Shown in pieces: positions 51,031 through 64,000 of a stretch of DNA of 64,000 nucleotides. The stretch lies in the NCBI RefSeq assembly GCF_009914755.1, contig NC_060936.1; one strand, written 5' to 3'. The stretch's first letter is position 1; each line of letters starts with the position of its first letter. Under the pieces are notes generated by a model. It was not told where the DNA came from. It ran no database searches and saw nothing but the letters and a program-made list of their open reading frames with translations. This DNA comes from the human T2T-CHM13v2.0 reference genome, Homo sapiens. The translations under genes and the position numbers were made by a program.

Positions 51031-52961
51031 TTCAACTGGGACATCCATCTTTGTACCTGATGAGGCTCTCTTCCCAGCAATGTCCAAGTTGAACATTCTA
51101 AAAGTTTTAGGTTAAGGTAGTATCTTTGCATCACCTACACTGTCCCCAAGCTCTCAGGACGAGACAGCATATTTGGGAAATGCCTGGGGAGTAGGGTCAC
51201 ACTAAACACAAACATTTTTGTCTTAAGAGGGCTCACCACCTTGGACCACATCCCTCCAAACCACTGGGAAGCTTTGTAAACATACAGATGGATGCCTGGG
51301 CTCCACCTCAGGCCCTCTGCATCAGAATCTTGGCGGGGTGGGTGTGGGTAAACTCAAGCCCTAGATGTGCCTTTAATGCCTTACAAAGTTCCAACTTGCC
51401 TCTTCAGGCTCATAAAATCTCCATCATACCAAACATGGAGCCCAAAGAGAATGGCTTTCCCTTTGTTGATAATGACTCAACCAAAGCATTCCTCCCCTGC
51501 TTCGTTTACCTGCCGTGGGCCTCTTAGCAAAGCACACCTGTCCATCTGTCAATATTTACTCTGTCTGCTGCCCTCAACAAAAGAAGGGAAAATTGTTTTC
51601 ACTGTCAAGCTAGTGTTTATACAAAGGATTTGTAGACTTTCTCAGAGCTATGAAAAATCCATCACCCTCAGTTAACCTGTGCCCTTAATGAGGTGGTAGC
51701 TTTTCTCCCACCATCCCATCCATCAGGGATGACAGTATGTAGCTTGTCAACCAGTAAGCATTCAGGTTGAAAATGATTTCACCCAGAAACCTGGGGAGAC
51801 AGATGCGTGAAGTGTAACCCAATCTCACAGGGTGAAGCCTGCCCTGCTGATTACAGAGGACAGCCTCAGTGGGGCTTCATCTAGGACCCAATGAGAGGAG
51901 ATCCACAAATGCCAAGACACTTATAAGAAGCCAATATTCTTTGGCACTCAGAAAGCTTATCAGCCCATTACATCTGCTCCAATCAATACTTCACCCAGTG
52001 TAACTTCCAAGGGAGGGCTCTACTGCTGTTGAGTCAAAAGAAATTGAGATTCATGTTGCTGGAACCAAGCAATGCTCAGAGACATGCACTCCTGAGAGGT
52101 GGCTGGGCTCACTCCCAAGGAGAACAATATTCACCAATGAAACAACTGCCTGGCTCCAACGGGCTTTTGACATCCAAGCCACCTGGGACAGACACACTGA
52201 AAAGCCATTTGCAGGATACAGGAGGAAAAACAGATCCGATCACTGCCTTTGTCATTCAGAAGAGCCCTTGAGGTTTATGGACCAATCCAAGGGGCAAAAA
52301 ACAAACCATATCTGTGAAAGAGCTTCAGGGCCCACATACACTCTGCTGGAAGTGCAGCCCAGACCTGCTGCCCCAGTTCCTACTGTGTGCCCACTGCTAA
52401 GCTGGGCACTAAGAAGTAAACCAAATGATCTGTGTGATTCACAGAGCATCTGAAGCAGCCTCCAGAGGGGCTCAAACTCATCTCAAAATGCATGGAAGAA
52501 TCTGGGGGATCCTGGCTCTCCATGGGGGGCAAAATAAATAATATTAACAGATATGTCATTTACTATGTACCTTACTGTATGCCAGGAAAAGATTGATAAA
52601 TTTTAACTCATTGAATTAAAACTCAATCCAACTCTCTGGGATAAGTCCTGTTATCTTTAGAAAGGGGACAAAACTAGGACCCACCCAAGCAGAGTGTTCT
52701 GAGATGGAATCTCAATAAAATAGTATCTAGAATGTGCTTAGAATAGTCCTAGCATGTTTAGGCCCTCAGGAAGTGTTAGACACTTTTTATTATGATGATT
52801 ATTACGGCTACTACTACTTTTATTAGTCTCATTTTACAGCTGAGAAAACTGAGGCTTGGAGAGGTTATGGGATTAGCTGAAGGTCACATTGGCAATGAGC
52901 AAAAGCCAGCATCAAAAGCTAGGTCTTCCAGCTCTGGAGAGTGACGTCTTCTCTGTCAGGC

Positions 52962-53404
52962 TGTAAAAGACCTGCTCTGCTCGAACTGTGGGTGGGGTGT
53001 GAGGACCTCACTTCCTTCAGAAAGAATCTGGGGCCAGCACAGGATCTATTCCTGGGTACCTCGGTCGTGGTGTACTGCCGCCCTCGTACTGTTCGCATCC
53101 ACCTCCCACACGGACTGGGCCGCACTTGGTAAGCTGCCCCAGCTCTCCTGCTCCCTGGAAACAGGCAGCCCTGCTCTGGGCACTGGTGCATCCCAGGACC
53201 TGTTCTCCAGGCCACTCCCGGGGTGGCTGCAGTGTAAGACCCCACACCTCCTCCCCTGGAGGCCCTTTGCCAGGGATGCAGGGGAAACAGGACTCCTCAC
53301 CTCTGAACCTTGGTTCTCTCCCTTCCTAAGCCTCTTGAGCTGGCTGGGCCCCCCAGAGAGGAACAAGTTCCTTTGTGAGGGGAACTGACTCAGGTCTCTT
53401 ATCA
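52962..53404. mobile_element. Putative ERVL-type LTR (family uncertain)
   Basis: ~440-bp GC-richer block bounded by TGT...TCA between a MIR and an MLT1; no TSD found. Confidence 0.3.
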
Positions 53405-53429
53405 CCAACTCCCCAGAGAGTATGAGGCT

Positions 53430-53898
53430 GGTATATTGTTTTTCTTCTTGCTGCCACAACAAATTCCCATGTACTTTGTGGCTTAGAAGGACAAAAATTA
53501 CTGTTAACATTTCTGGATGCCAGGAGTCAAAAATGAATCATACAGGGCTAAAGTCAAGGTGTTGGCAGAGCTGGTTCCTTCTGGATGCTCCAGGGGAGAA
53601 TCCGTTCCTTGCCTCTTTTAGCTTCTAGAGGCCGCCTGCATTCTGTGGCTCGTGGCCACATCACACCAATCTCTGCTTCCTGTCCCACCTCCTCTGACTC
53701 TGATCCTCTCACCTTCCTCTTCTAGGGACCTTGTGATTGCAATAGACCCACATAGATAATACAGAACGATCTCCACATCTCAGGATTACTAGCTTTATCA
53801 CATTTGCAAAGCCTCTTTTACCATGTAAGGGAACATGTTTGCAGGTTTTGAGGATTATAATGTGGACATCTTTGAGGGCCATGATTCAGACTAGCACA
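53430..53898 (-). mobile_element. MLT1D/E-like MaLR LTR
   Basis: GGGCTAAAGTCAAGGTGTTGGCAGAGCTGGTTCCTTCTGGA.GCTCCAGGGGAGAATCCGTT.CTTGCCT..ATCACATTTGCAAAG..CCATGTAAGG.AACAT. Confidence 0.85.
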
Positions 53899-54963
53899 AC
53901 TGGATTTCTTCAACAAGCTTTGACTGCACTCCAGCCAGACCCAGGCACTGTGCTGGGCACTAGGCGCTCTGTTCAAGGCCTCCAAAACAGCTAGATGTGT
54001 TGATGTGAGTGCCCGCATGTTCATAGCTTCTTGGAGGTACAGATTACTTCTTGTTTGACTCCCTCCTTTGTGCCAAGCACATCCTAATAGCTAATACTTA
54101 TTATATGCCAGGCTTCATCTAGAACACCATAAATCTATTATAAGCATTGATGCTCCCAAGAACACTACGAGTAGGTACTATTATCCCTCCACAGATGGGG
54201 AAATCAGGGATCTGGGGCATCTTAACTTTCCTAAGTCCTGCAGCTAGTGAGGAAGGGCCATGATTGAAGCCTGGTCAGTCTTACCCCTGAGTCTCTGCCT
54301 ATAACCACTGTTCCACCTGGCATCTCAAATAGCAGCTCTCAAAAAGCACCTATGGAAAGGAGGAAACGGAAGACATAGGAAGCTAGAACTACACGTGCAG
54401 GGTCTGAGCTCTTGAGTGTCATAAATGAGTGGCCTTTTCATGAAAGGGAGGCTAGAAAGAGAACCTAGAAAGGAGGGGGTCCCAGAGCTTCTAGGTAGGC
54501 TCTGCCAGGTACACACCCCATGGGCTTAGAGGAGGGCTGGAATCTCAGGAGGCTCCACATGAAGTCATACATATTTGATTAAAGGTGGCCCCCAACTCCT
54601 GGGTGCAACCTGGGGAAAGGAGCATATCTGCTTTTCCTGACCGTCTTCTATTTCAGGACTAGCACAGTCCCCACTCACAGTAGAGGTTTGATTAATAAAT
54701 TTTGATTCTATGAAATGACTTAGAAGTGCACTGAATACACATTCTGACCCAATCCTGAATAGGCAAATGTTAAAAGACAAGAATCAACCAAAGCCAAGGT
54801 CAGAGCAGACCATGAGCATCACAGAGGAAATCTGGGATGATCCTAGTCTGTTTCCCCAGAAAGTAGGGCCTGAATCAGAGGATTGATAAGAATTACATCA
54901 CTCCATAGGGACCATCCCTGGGTACAGGGGTGAAGACAAGGGCAAAGAGGTAAGGAAGGAGGG

Positions 54964-55886
54964 GGCATTAGCTTTCCATTGCTGTGTAACAAATTACCCC
55001 CAAACTCAGTGGCTTAAAACAGCAAGCATTTAACCAAACCCAGTGGCTTAAAAAAACAAGTTTTGAGGGGCAGGAACCCGGGCGGCTGGGTTGGGGGTCT
55101 ATGCTTCAGAATCTCTCATGAAGAGTCAGGCTATGGGCTGAAGCTCCCACATTTCCAAGCCCCTAATGGGACTGCTGTCAGGAAGCTTCTGTCCCCTGCT
55201 TGCATGGGCCTCACATGACATAGCAGCTGGCCTCTGCCAGAGCAAGTGATGGGAAAGAGGAATTCGAGAGAGTGTGTATTAGTGTGCTTGGGCTGCCATA
55301 ACAAAGTACTACAGACTGTGTGGTTTAAACAACAGAAGTTTGTTTTCTCACCATTCTGGAGGCTACAAGTCCGAGAATAAGGTGGCGGCCAAGCCACTTT
55401 CTCCTGAGACCTCTCCCCTTGGCTTGCAGACAGCTGCCTTCTCACCACGTCCTCACATGGCCTTTCCTCTGTGCATGGGTATCCCTGCTGTCTCTCTGGG
55501 TGTCCAGATATCCTCTTCTGACAAATACAACAGTCTCATTGGAGTAGAGCCCTTCCTTGTGGCCTCATTTTAACTTAATCACCTCGATCATGACCTTATC
55601 TCCAAATACAGTCCCATTCTGAGGCACAAGGACTAGGGCTTCAACATGTGAATTTTGAGGGGACACAATTCGCCCCTTAAAAGAGAGAGAGAGAGACCCC
55701 AAGAAAGAAGCCAGAGTGGTTTCATAACCTAACCTTGGATGTGACATCTCATACCTTCTGCCAAAATCTATTCTCTACAAGGGAGGCAATAAATCCAGCC
55801 CACACTCAAAGGGAGAAAAGTGGAACTCCATCTGTTGAGTGAATGAATATCAAAGAATTTGTGGACATATTTTTAAATCCACCACA
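54964..55886 (-). mobile_element. MLT1F-like LTR (contains an MLT1A0)
   Basis: CATTGCTGTGTAACAAATTACCCCCAAACTCAGTGGCTTAAAAC..CCAGCCCACACTCAAAGGGAG..ATCAAAGAATTTGTGGACATATTTTTAAA.CCACCACA; TSD GAGGG (54959-63 / 55887-91). Confidence 0.8.
55275..55682 (-). mobile_element. MLT1A0-like LTR
   Basis: TGTATTAGT.TGCTTGGGCTGCCATAACAAAGTAC.ACAGACTG..TCTCCAAATACAGTC.CATTCTGAGG..GGGACACAATTC; near-TSD GAGTG / GAGAG. Confidence 0.85.
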
Positions 55887-56337
55887 GAGGGAGAGCCAAG
55901 AGGAGGATGCATTACCGAAGTGGCCACAGCTATGTGTGCGGACTGTTGGATCCTGTGGGACTAGTCCCTGAGAAATACATGAACTGTGTCTCAGGGCTAT
56001 GCATGGTCAGTGGAAAGGGGAAGAACTTATTAACCAGCTCCTATCCTCAGTTGGTTGCTGTCCCCACAGTGGGTACTAACTCACCTGGACTCCAGGCTGC
56101 TCAAGCAGGGCATGCGGTGAGGTCCCTTGGAGTCAACAGGGAAGCCCAGGTGGATGTGAGAGGCTCATGCGTGGCCTGAGGCCAGGCGCTGATGTCAGCA
56201 CCTACGTGAAGCTCGTCAGGGCCATGCAGAGCTAGTGACCACAGCAGTTTTGGAACAAGGTGGGTGAGGCCTGAAGGATCTCAAATTCCATCAATGATTG
56301 ACTTATTACTACATTTGTATTATTAAAAATATTAATA

Positions 56338-56728
56338 GGCTGGGCATGGTGGCTTACACCTGTAATCCCAATATTTTGGAAGGTCGAGGCAGGAAAATTG
56401 TTTGAGCTCAGGAGTTCAAGACCAGCCTGGACAATAAATACAGTGAGATCCCCATTTCTACAAAAAAAAAAAAAAAAAAAAATTAAAAACTAGCCAGAGC
56501 CTGGGCAACACAATGAGATCCTGTCCCTACAAAAAAATGTTAAAATTAGTCAGGCGTGGGGGCGCTTGCTCGTAGTTCCTGCTACTCAGAAGGATAGGGC
56601 AAGAGGACAGCTTTAGTCCACTTCAAGGAGTTTGAGGTTACAATGAGCCAGGATCATGCCACCTCACTCCAGCTTGGATGACAGAACGAGACCCTGTCTC
56701 TTAAAAAAAAGAAAAGAAGAAAAGAAAA
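56338..56728 (+). mobile_element. AluJ with an internally duplicated left-arm end and linker
   Basis: TTGAGCTCAGGAGTTCAAG and GGAGTTTGAGGTTACAATGAGC (J-type); AGCCTGG.CAA..GAGATCC..CTACAAAAAA occurs twice; flanking ATTAATAG. Confidence 0.9.
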
Positions 56729-57588
56729 TTAATAGTTGAATTTCAAATCTTTGATGTCAGAGTGCTGTCCAGTGTGATATCAGAGTGCTGTCCAGTGATG
56801 TTCCAGTGCCATCCACTGCAGCAGTCACTATGGTGACTATTTGAGACACTTGCACTGAGGAATGGAGGAGCAGGGCGCTGTCTGGCCAGCGGTGCCATAG
56901 CAACCACTGGCTCCGATGCTGCCACCACCTCCAGGGTTGTTCTTCCTATCTGAAAGGGACTAAGCAGAATGAGGCCTCTGCTGCCCCAGGGCTGAAATGG
57001 GTTTCTGCGAAGTCTGTTTCTTACAGTTTGATCCACCAGAATAAAACACAGTTTGAGTATCATACCATTCTCCTACACGCTGTTATTTCCTTCTTATTAT
57101 GTATCTTTTTTACGTCTGAGGACTTAGCATAGATAGTGCTTCACATGATTTGGGAGGTTTTTCCCCTTTGAGGAGGGAAACTTGGCATTTTAATTTTTTA
57201 AATTCATCCTCACAAGAGGTGGTGCCTTCCAAATAAAACATTTTCTCCAAAGACTCATGGCCTAAATGGAAAATAAATATCGTAAGTTCTTTACGGTTAT
57301 TTAAGAGGTGTGACAAATAATTCTACAAGCATGAGCGTTCTAGTCTAAATTATTCTCTATCATCCTGTCATGTATTATTATTCAAACTTTTTAAAGATTT
57401 GTTGGCTCAAAGAGGCTATTAGTTTTTAAAATTATCTAGCTAGCCTACTCCTTTTAAAATATCCATAATAGTATCATGCTATCTCTGCGTTTATTAACTA
57501 TTCGAAAGGTATGGGAATTATTTTGTATTTGAAATTAATAATTTTTTATTGCTATCATTAGTTACCATAGCATTTGCCATAGCAATTG

Positions 57589-59944
57589 CAGACATGCCTT
57601 GTTTTAATGTGCTTCATTTTACTTTGTTTCGCAGATACTGTGTTTTTTACAAAATGAAGGTTTGTAGCAAACCTGCATCGAGCAAGTCTAATGGTATCAT
57701 TTTTCCAACAGGATGGACTCACTTTGTGTCTCTATGCCACATTTTGGAAATTCTTGAAATACTGCAAACTTTTTCACTATTACATCTGTTATGGTGATCA
57801 GTGAGCCGTGATCATTGATGTTACTGTTGTAATTGTTTTCAGGAGCCATGAACTGTGCCCGTAGAAGATGGCAAGCTTAAATGATACATGTTGTGTGTTC
57901 TGACTGCTCCATCGACTGTTGCTCTCCTGTCTTTCTCCCTCTCCTCAGGCCTCTTCATTCCCTGAGACACAATAATATTGAAATGAAAACTATTAATAAC
58001 ACTACAATGGCCTCTAAGTGTTCAAGTGAGAGGAAGGGTTACACACCTCTCACTTTAAATTGAAATGATTAAGCTTAGTAAAGAAGGCACATCAAAAGCC
58101 AAGATAGGCTGAAAGCTATGCCTCTTGCACTAAACAGTTAGCAAGGTTGTGAATGCAAAGGGAAAGTTCTTGAAGGAAATTGAAGGAAATTGAAAGTGCT
58201 ACTCCAGTGAACACATGAATAATAAGACAACAAAACAGCCTTCTTGCTGATATGCAGAAAGTTTCAGTGAAAAGTTCCAGATAGATCAAACCAGCCATAA
58301 CATTTTCTTAAGCCAAAGCCTGATCCAGAGAAAGGCCCTAACTCTCTTCAATTCTATCAAGACTGAAGGAGGTGAGAAAATTGCAGAAGAAGGGTTGGAA
58401 GCTAGCAGAGGTTGGTTCATGAGGTTTAAGGAAAGAAGCCAGTGAAAGGCGAAGCAGCAAGTACAAATATAGAAGCTGCAGCAAGTTATCCAGAAAATCT
58501 AGCTGAGATAACTGATGAAGGTGACTACACTAGACAACAGATTTTCAACATAGATGAAACAGCTTTCTAATGGAAGAAGATGCCATCTAGGACTTTTATA
58601 GCTAGAGAGAATTCAATGCCTGGCTTCAAAGCTTCAAAGGACAGGCTGACTCTCTTGTCACATAGGGGCTAATGCAGCTGGTAATTTTAAGTTGAAGCCC
58701 ATGCTCACTGATCATTCTGGAAACCCTAGGGCCCTTAAGAATTCAGCTTAATCTACTTTACCTGTGTTCTATAAATGAAACTACAAAGCCTGGATGACAG
58801 CACATCTGTTTTGCTGAATATTTTAAGCCCACTGTGGAGACCTACTGCTCACAATAAAAGGTTTCTTTCAAAATATTACTGTTTCTTGACAATGTAGCTT
58901 GTCACACAAGAGCTTTGATGGAGATGTACAAGCAGATTAATGTTGTTTCCATGCCCGCTAACACAGCGTCCATTCTCCAGCTCATGGATCAAGGAGTGAT
59001 TTTGACTTTCAAGTCTTATTATTTAAGAAATACATTTTGTAAGGCTATATCTGCCATAGACAGTGCTTCCTCTGATGGATCTGGGCAAAGTAAATTGAAA
59101 ACTTTCTGGAAAAGATTCAACATGCTAGATGCCATTAAGAACATTCATGATTCATGTGGAGAGGTCAAAATATTAACATTAACAAGAATCTGGATTCCAA
59201 CCTTCATGGATGACTTTGAGGGGTTCAAGACCTCAGTGGAGGAAGTAGCTGCAGATGTGGTTAAAAAAACAAAAGAACTAGAATTAAAAATAAAGCCTGA
59301 ATAAGTGACTGAATTACTGTGTCTCATGATAAAACTTGAATGGATGAGGCATTGCCTTTTGTAGTTGAGAAAAGAAAGTGGTTCCTTGAGATGGACTCTA
59401 CTTTTAGTGAAGATGCTGTAAACTGTTGAAATGACAACAAAAGATTTAGAATATTACATAAACGTAGCTAATAAAGCATCAGCAGGGTTTGAGAGGAGTG
59501 ATTCCAATTTTGAAAGAAGTTCTACTAAGGGTAAAATGCTAGCAAATAGCATCATATGCTACAGAGAAATTTTTCATGAAAGAAAGAGTCACAATGAGGC
59601 ATATTTCATTGTTGTCTTATTTTAAGAAATTGCCACAGCCACCCCAACCTTCAGCAGCCACCAACCTGATCAGTCAGCAGCCATCAACATTGAGGCAAGA
59701 TCCTCCACCAACAAAAAGATTGTGACTCACTGAAGGTTCAGATGATTGTTAGCATTTTCAGCATAAAGTATTTTAAATTAAGGTATGTACATTGGTTTTT
59801 CCAATATAATGTATTGCACACTTAATACACTATGGTATGATATAAACATAACTTTTACATGCACTGGGAAACCAAAAAGTTTGTGCCACCTGCTTAATTT
59901 TGGTGGTCTGAAACTGAACCTGCAATATTTCCAAAGTATGCCTA
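57589..59944 (+). mobile_element. Tigger1 autonomous-length TcMar DNA transposon (fossil)
   Basis: TIRs CAGACATGCCT / AGTATGCCTA + TA; ~2.36 kb; transposase remnants MASKCSSERK and [29 protein letters not shown]. Confidence 0.95.
58007..59340 (+). pseudogene. Decayed Tigger1 (pogo/CENP-B-like DDE) transposase
   Basis: Start ATGGCCTCTAAGTGTTCAAGTGA; fragmented by stops and frameshifts (longest piece 58915-59304). Confidence 0.85.
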
Positions 59945-60819
59945 TATACATTTTGCTCCAGCAGAGACTGACAGAACCTCGATATATAAAGCACATAAGA
60001 AGAATCTTCATTCCAAGTTATATCTATTATAACTCTCTGTCCTTTATTTGTAAATGCATATTCAGAAATGAACAATGCATTTAAGTGTCATGCTTTGATC
60101 ATGTGATTGACCACTCCACTCATTAGGCATGCTATAACCTGCAGGGTCATGGCATCATAGATCATGTAGACACAACCAGGTCCCAGAGTCCACACTAAAG
60201 CAGGTGCTGGGTGATCAGTCCTTCCAAAAGCCTTCCCAGAAGACAGTCAAATATATGGAGGCTGAATATAGCTGAATGAATCATGGCACTTATAAAGTTA
60301 TATTTAAATTATCTCTTTGCCCATCTGTGCAGACAAATTGTGAGCCCAGTGAGACCTGGTTTGATTCACTTTGGTATCTCTGGTCCCTAGCACAAGGCCT
60401 ATCTGGCACACAGTTGGTGAAACCAAACTGACCTGTCCACCAGAGGCTTCTATGGGGTTGTCTGTATTCTCCAGACAGCACCAGCTTGACATGACCTCCT
60501 TACCTAGATCCTCAGGCTCAGGCTTCAGCTTCCAGAACTTGCCTTTGCCTTGGATTGAGCCCAGCTGGCCAAACCATGGCATGGCCCTGTCCACCATATT
60601 CAACCCATAGGGCCCAGACTTGTGACCTGTCATGCTGGAGACCCCAGCACAGCAAGTATCCCTTTAGCAATCAGCAAGAAGCCAGGACCAAGGTTTGTGC
60701 CTCATCAAAAGCAGACAAAAGTTCTTTTGCCATGAGTTCAGAAAGGAGTCAAGCTGCCTGTGTAGATCTTTTCTTCTTGGGAGGTTGGAAATTCTATAAA
60801 ATCTTAGCAGCATGAGAAT

Positions 60820-61040
60820 AACATGAATTTTGTTACCAGTCAAGATTGAATTTGAACCCCACTCTATCACTTAAGAACTGTGTGACTAAGGACAAATTAC
60901 TTAACCTCTCTGAGCCTCAGATTTTTTTCATCTGTAAAATGGAAGTAATCCTACTGATCTTTCATGGCTAATTTGAGGAGTCATTGAAGTAGTGCCTTGC
61001 TCAGCATCTGGCACATACAAAGGGTATCAATAAATGTCAG
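60820..61040. mobile_element. MIR SINE
   Basis: TTTGAACCCC.CTCTATCACTT..CTGTGTGACT..GGACAAATTACTTAACCTCTCTGAGCCTCAG..CATCTGTAAAATGG. Confidence 0.85.
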
Positions 61041-61789
61041 TTTCCCTCTCCCTCTCCCTCTTCCGTGAACACATTTTCTCACCAGCTCCTTCTCCAACCT
61101 CTTTGTCCATGCCTGGTAAATATTCCTGCTCACCTCCAGATTCCACATGTCAGGAGGCCTGTCCAGGAGCTCTAGTCCCTTTTTGAACCCTTACAGCATT
61201 CCATCAGTAACACAAAGAGAGCTCAGTGCACTTCTGTGTCTCAGTGTCATTTTTGTTTGCCCAATCAGATTATAAGTTATTCAGAGAAGGAAGGTGTATC
61301 TTAGACAAACTCTTTTCTCTCTCCCTTGCCCCAAAGCAGACCCATAACACAGGGCTGTGTACACTGAAGTCTCTTAGTGAAGACTGAACTGAATTTGAAT
61401 ATATAACTTATAATTGGAAAATAATTATTTCTTTTAACAAACAAGAACCCCTTCATCCTTAATCTCAACTTGCTCAGGAATCCACACATCTCAAGAGTCT
61501 GAGCACCAGAGAGTGAGAAACCAGGGAAGTCATACACCAGAGGGCCAATTCATGTGGGCTGTCCAACAACCACATGGCGGCCAACAAGAACCATGATATC
61601 TTACAGACATCGTGACAGTGCACTGGAAAATCTTAGGGACAAAAAGTTTCCTATTTAAATCCCCACTCTGTCATTTTCTATGTCATTTTGGTAAGTCAGT
61701 TAAATTCTCTACACTTACTTCATTTATAACACAGAGGTAATAATGCCCATCTCACAGGGTTACGAGGATTTAAGAAAATATGCAACTAG

Positions 61790-64000
61790 AAGCCTCATGG
61801 TAACCTCAAATCAAAAAATCATACAATGGATACACAAGAAATAAAAAGCAAGAATTAAGACATATCACCAGTGAAAGTCACCTTAAATAAAAGAAAGACA
61901 AATAGGAAGTAAAGAAGGAAGAGAAAATTACAAACAACCAGAAAAAAGTAACAAAATGGCAGGAGGAAATCCTTACTGAATAATAACATTGAATGTAAAT
62001 GGACTAAACTCTCCAATCAAAAGACATAGAGGGGTTGAACAGATTAAAAACAAAAAGACCTGATGATCTGTTGCCTACAAGAAACACACTTCAACTATAA
62101 ACACACACAAAGACTGAAAATAAAGGGATGGAAAAGATATTCCATGCAAATGGAAACCAAAAAGAGCAGGAATAGCTGTACTGATATCAGACAAAATAGA
62201 TTTCAAGACAAAAATTATAAAAAGAGACAGAGAAGGTCATTATCTAATGATAAAAGGGCCAATTCAGCAAGAGAATATAACAATTATAAATATATATATC
62301 CCAAACTGGAGCACTCAGATATATAAAGCAAATATTATTAGCGTTAAAGAGAGAGATAGTGCCCCAATACAATATTAGCTAGAGACTTCACCACGCCACT
62401 TTCAGCATTGAACAGAGCATCCAGACAGAAAATCAACAAAGGAACATTGGGTTTAATCTGTACTATAGACCAAATGGATCTAACAGATATTTACAGAACA
62501 TTTCACCCAACAACTGCAGAATATACATTCTTCTCCTCAGCACATGGATCATTCTCAAGGATAGACCATGTGTTAGGGCACAACACAAGTCTTAAAACAT
62601 AAAACATTCAAAAAATTAAAATAGTATCAAATATCTTCTGAGACCACAATGGAATAGAACTAGAAATCAATAACAAGAATTTTGGCAACTATACAAACAC
62701 ATAGAAATTAAATAGTATGCTCCTGAATGACCAGTGGGTTAATGAAGAAATTAAGAAAGAAATTTAAAAATGGCTTGAAATAAATGATAATGGAAACATA
62801 ATATATATAAATCTATGGGATACAGCAAAAGCAGTCCTAACAAGGAAGTTTAAGCTGCAAGCACCTACATCAGAAAAGGACAAAAACTTCAAATAAACAA
62901 GCTAATGATGCATCTTAAAGAATTAGAAAAGCAAGCACAAACCAAACCCAAAATTAGTAGAAGAAAATTAATAATAAAGATAACAGCCAAAATAAATGGA
63001 AGCAAAGAAAACAGGACAAAAGATCACTGAAACGAAAAGTTGGTTTTTTGAAAAGATACACAAAATCAACAAACCTTTAGCCAGACTAACTACAAAAAAG
63101 AGAGAAGACTTAAATAAGTAAAATAGGAGCTGAAAAAGGAGACATTATGACCAATACCACAGAAATTCAAAGAATCATTAGAGGCCTCTATGAGCAACTA
63201 TATGCCAATAAATTGGAAAACCTAGAAGAAATGGACAAATTTCAAGATACATGCAATCTACCAAGATTGAACTATGAAGAAATTCAAAAGAACAGACCAA
63301 TAACAAGTAACAAGTTGGAAGCTGTAATAAAACATCTCCCAGCAAAGAAAAGCCCAGGACCTGACGGCTACACTGCTTAATCTTACCAAACATTTAAAGA
63401 AGGACTAATACCAATCCTACTCAAAGTATTCCAAAAAATAAAGGAGGAAATACTTCCAAACTCATTCTACAAGGCCAGTATTACCCTGACACCAAAATCA
63501 GACAAAGCCATTAAAAAAAGAAAACTACAGGCCAACATCTCTGATGAACATTAATGCAAAAATCCTCAAGAAAATCTTAGCAAACCAAATTAAACAGCAA
63601 ATTAAAAATATCATTCATCATGACCAAGTGGGATTTATCCTAGGGATGCAAGGATGGTTCAACATATGAAAATCAATATGATACATCATATCAACAGAAT
63701 GAGGGATAATATAATTTCATTTGATGCTGAAAAAGCATTTGATAAAATTCAACATTCCTTCATCATTAAAACCCTCAAAAAACTGTGTATAGAAGGAACA
63801 TACCTCAACACAATAAAAGCCACATATGACAGACCCACAGACCCATATTGCATGGGGAAAAATGGAAAGCCTTTTTTCTAAGATCTGGAACAGGACAAAG
63901 ATGCCACTTTCACCACTGATATTCAATATAGTACTGGAAGTCCTAGCTAGAACAATTGGACAAGAGAAAAAAATAAAGGTATCCAAATTAGAAAGAAGTC
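61790..64000 (+). mobile_element. L1MA/L1M1-type LINE-1: inter-ORF spacer and decayed ORF2 (endonuclease to RT start); runs off the window
   Basis: AAGCCTCATGGTAACCTCAAATCAAAAA spacer; ORF fragments [64 protein letters not shown]; many stops and frameshifts. Confidence 0.95.

Larger units (their letters stand above)
54840..56260 (-). mobile_element. LTR16-like ERVL LTR (outer host; parts ~54840-54963 and ~55887-56260)
   Basis: TTCCCCAGAAAGTAGGGCCTGA..GAGGATTG..GGAAGGAGGG then resumes AGAGCCAA..GGATGCATTACCGA..CCAGCTCCTATCC.CA.TTGGTT. Confidence 0.5.

Noticed and set aside
52455-52475. CTCF motif CCTCCAGAGGGGCT (also 41770-41787)
   Set aside because: Mismatches at core positions; not supportable from sequence alone

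Overview
Primate (human-like) AT-rich non-coding genomic DNA, either intergenic or a large intron. It contains no recognisable protein-coding gene, RNA gene or CpG island. The only ORFs with real protein similarity are decayed transposon frames: L1 ORF2 at 16.6-18.0 kb and 62-64 kb, and Tigger1 transposase at 58.0-59.4 kb. The window is densely filled with repeats: Alus, several L1 fragments, MaLR/ERVL solo LTRs (THE1, MST, MLT1, LTR16/33), a near-full-length Tigger1, Tigger2a, hAT MERs, and many MIR/L2/L3 relics. I found no new biological system. The notable signals are mutational scars readable directly from the sequence. (1) An L1PA insertion appears to carry a 3' transduction ending in a second, older L1 3' end, all within one target-site duplication (TSD). 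(2) A ~149-bp templated insertion copied from 1.7 kb upstream is flanked by a 31-bp duplication. (3) A 49-bp VNTR formed across an LTR-in-LTR junction. (4) An L1PB has a patchwork insert. (5) An Alu appears to have a 5' inversion. Repeat subfamily names come from recalled consensus sequences and need RepeatMasker/Dfam confirmation. Boundaries of ancient repeats are approximate.
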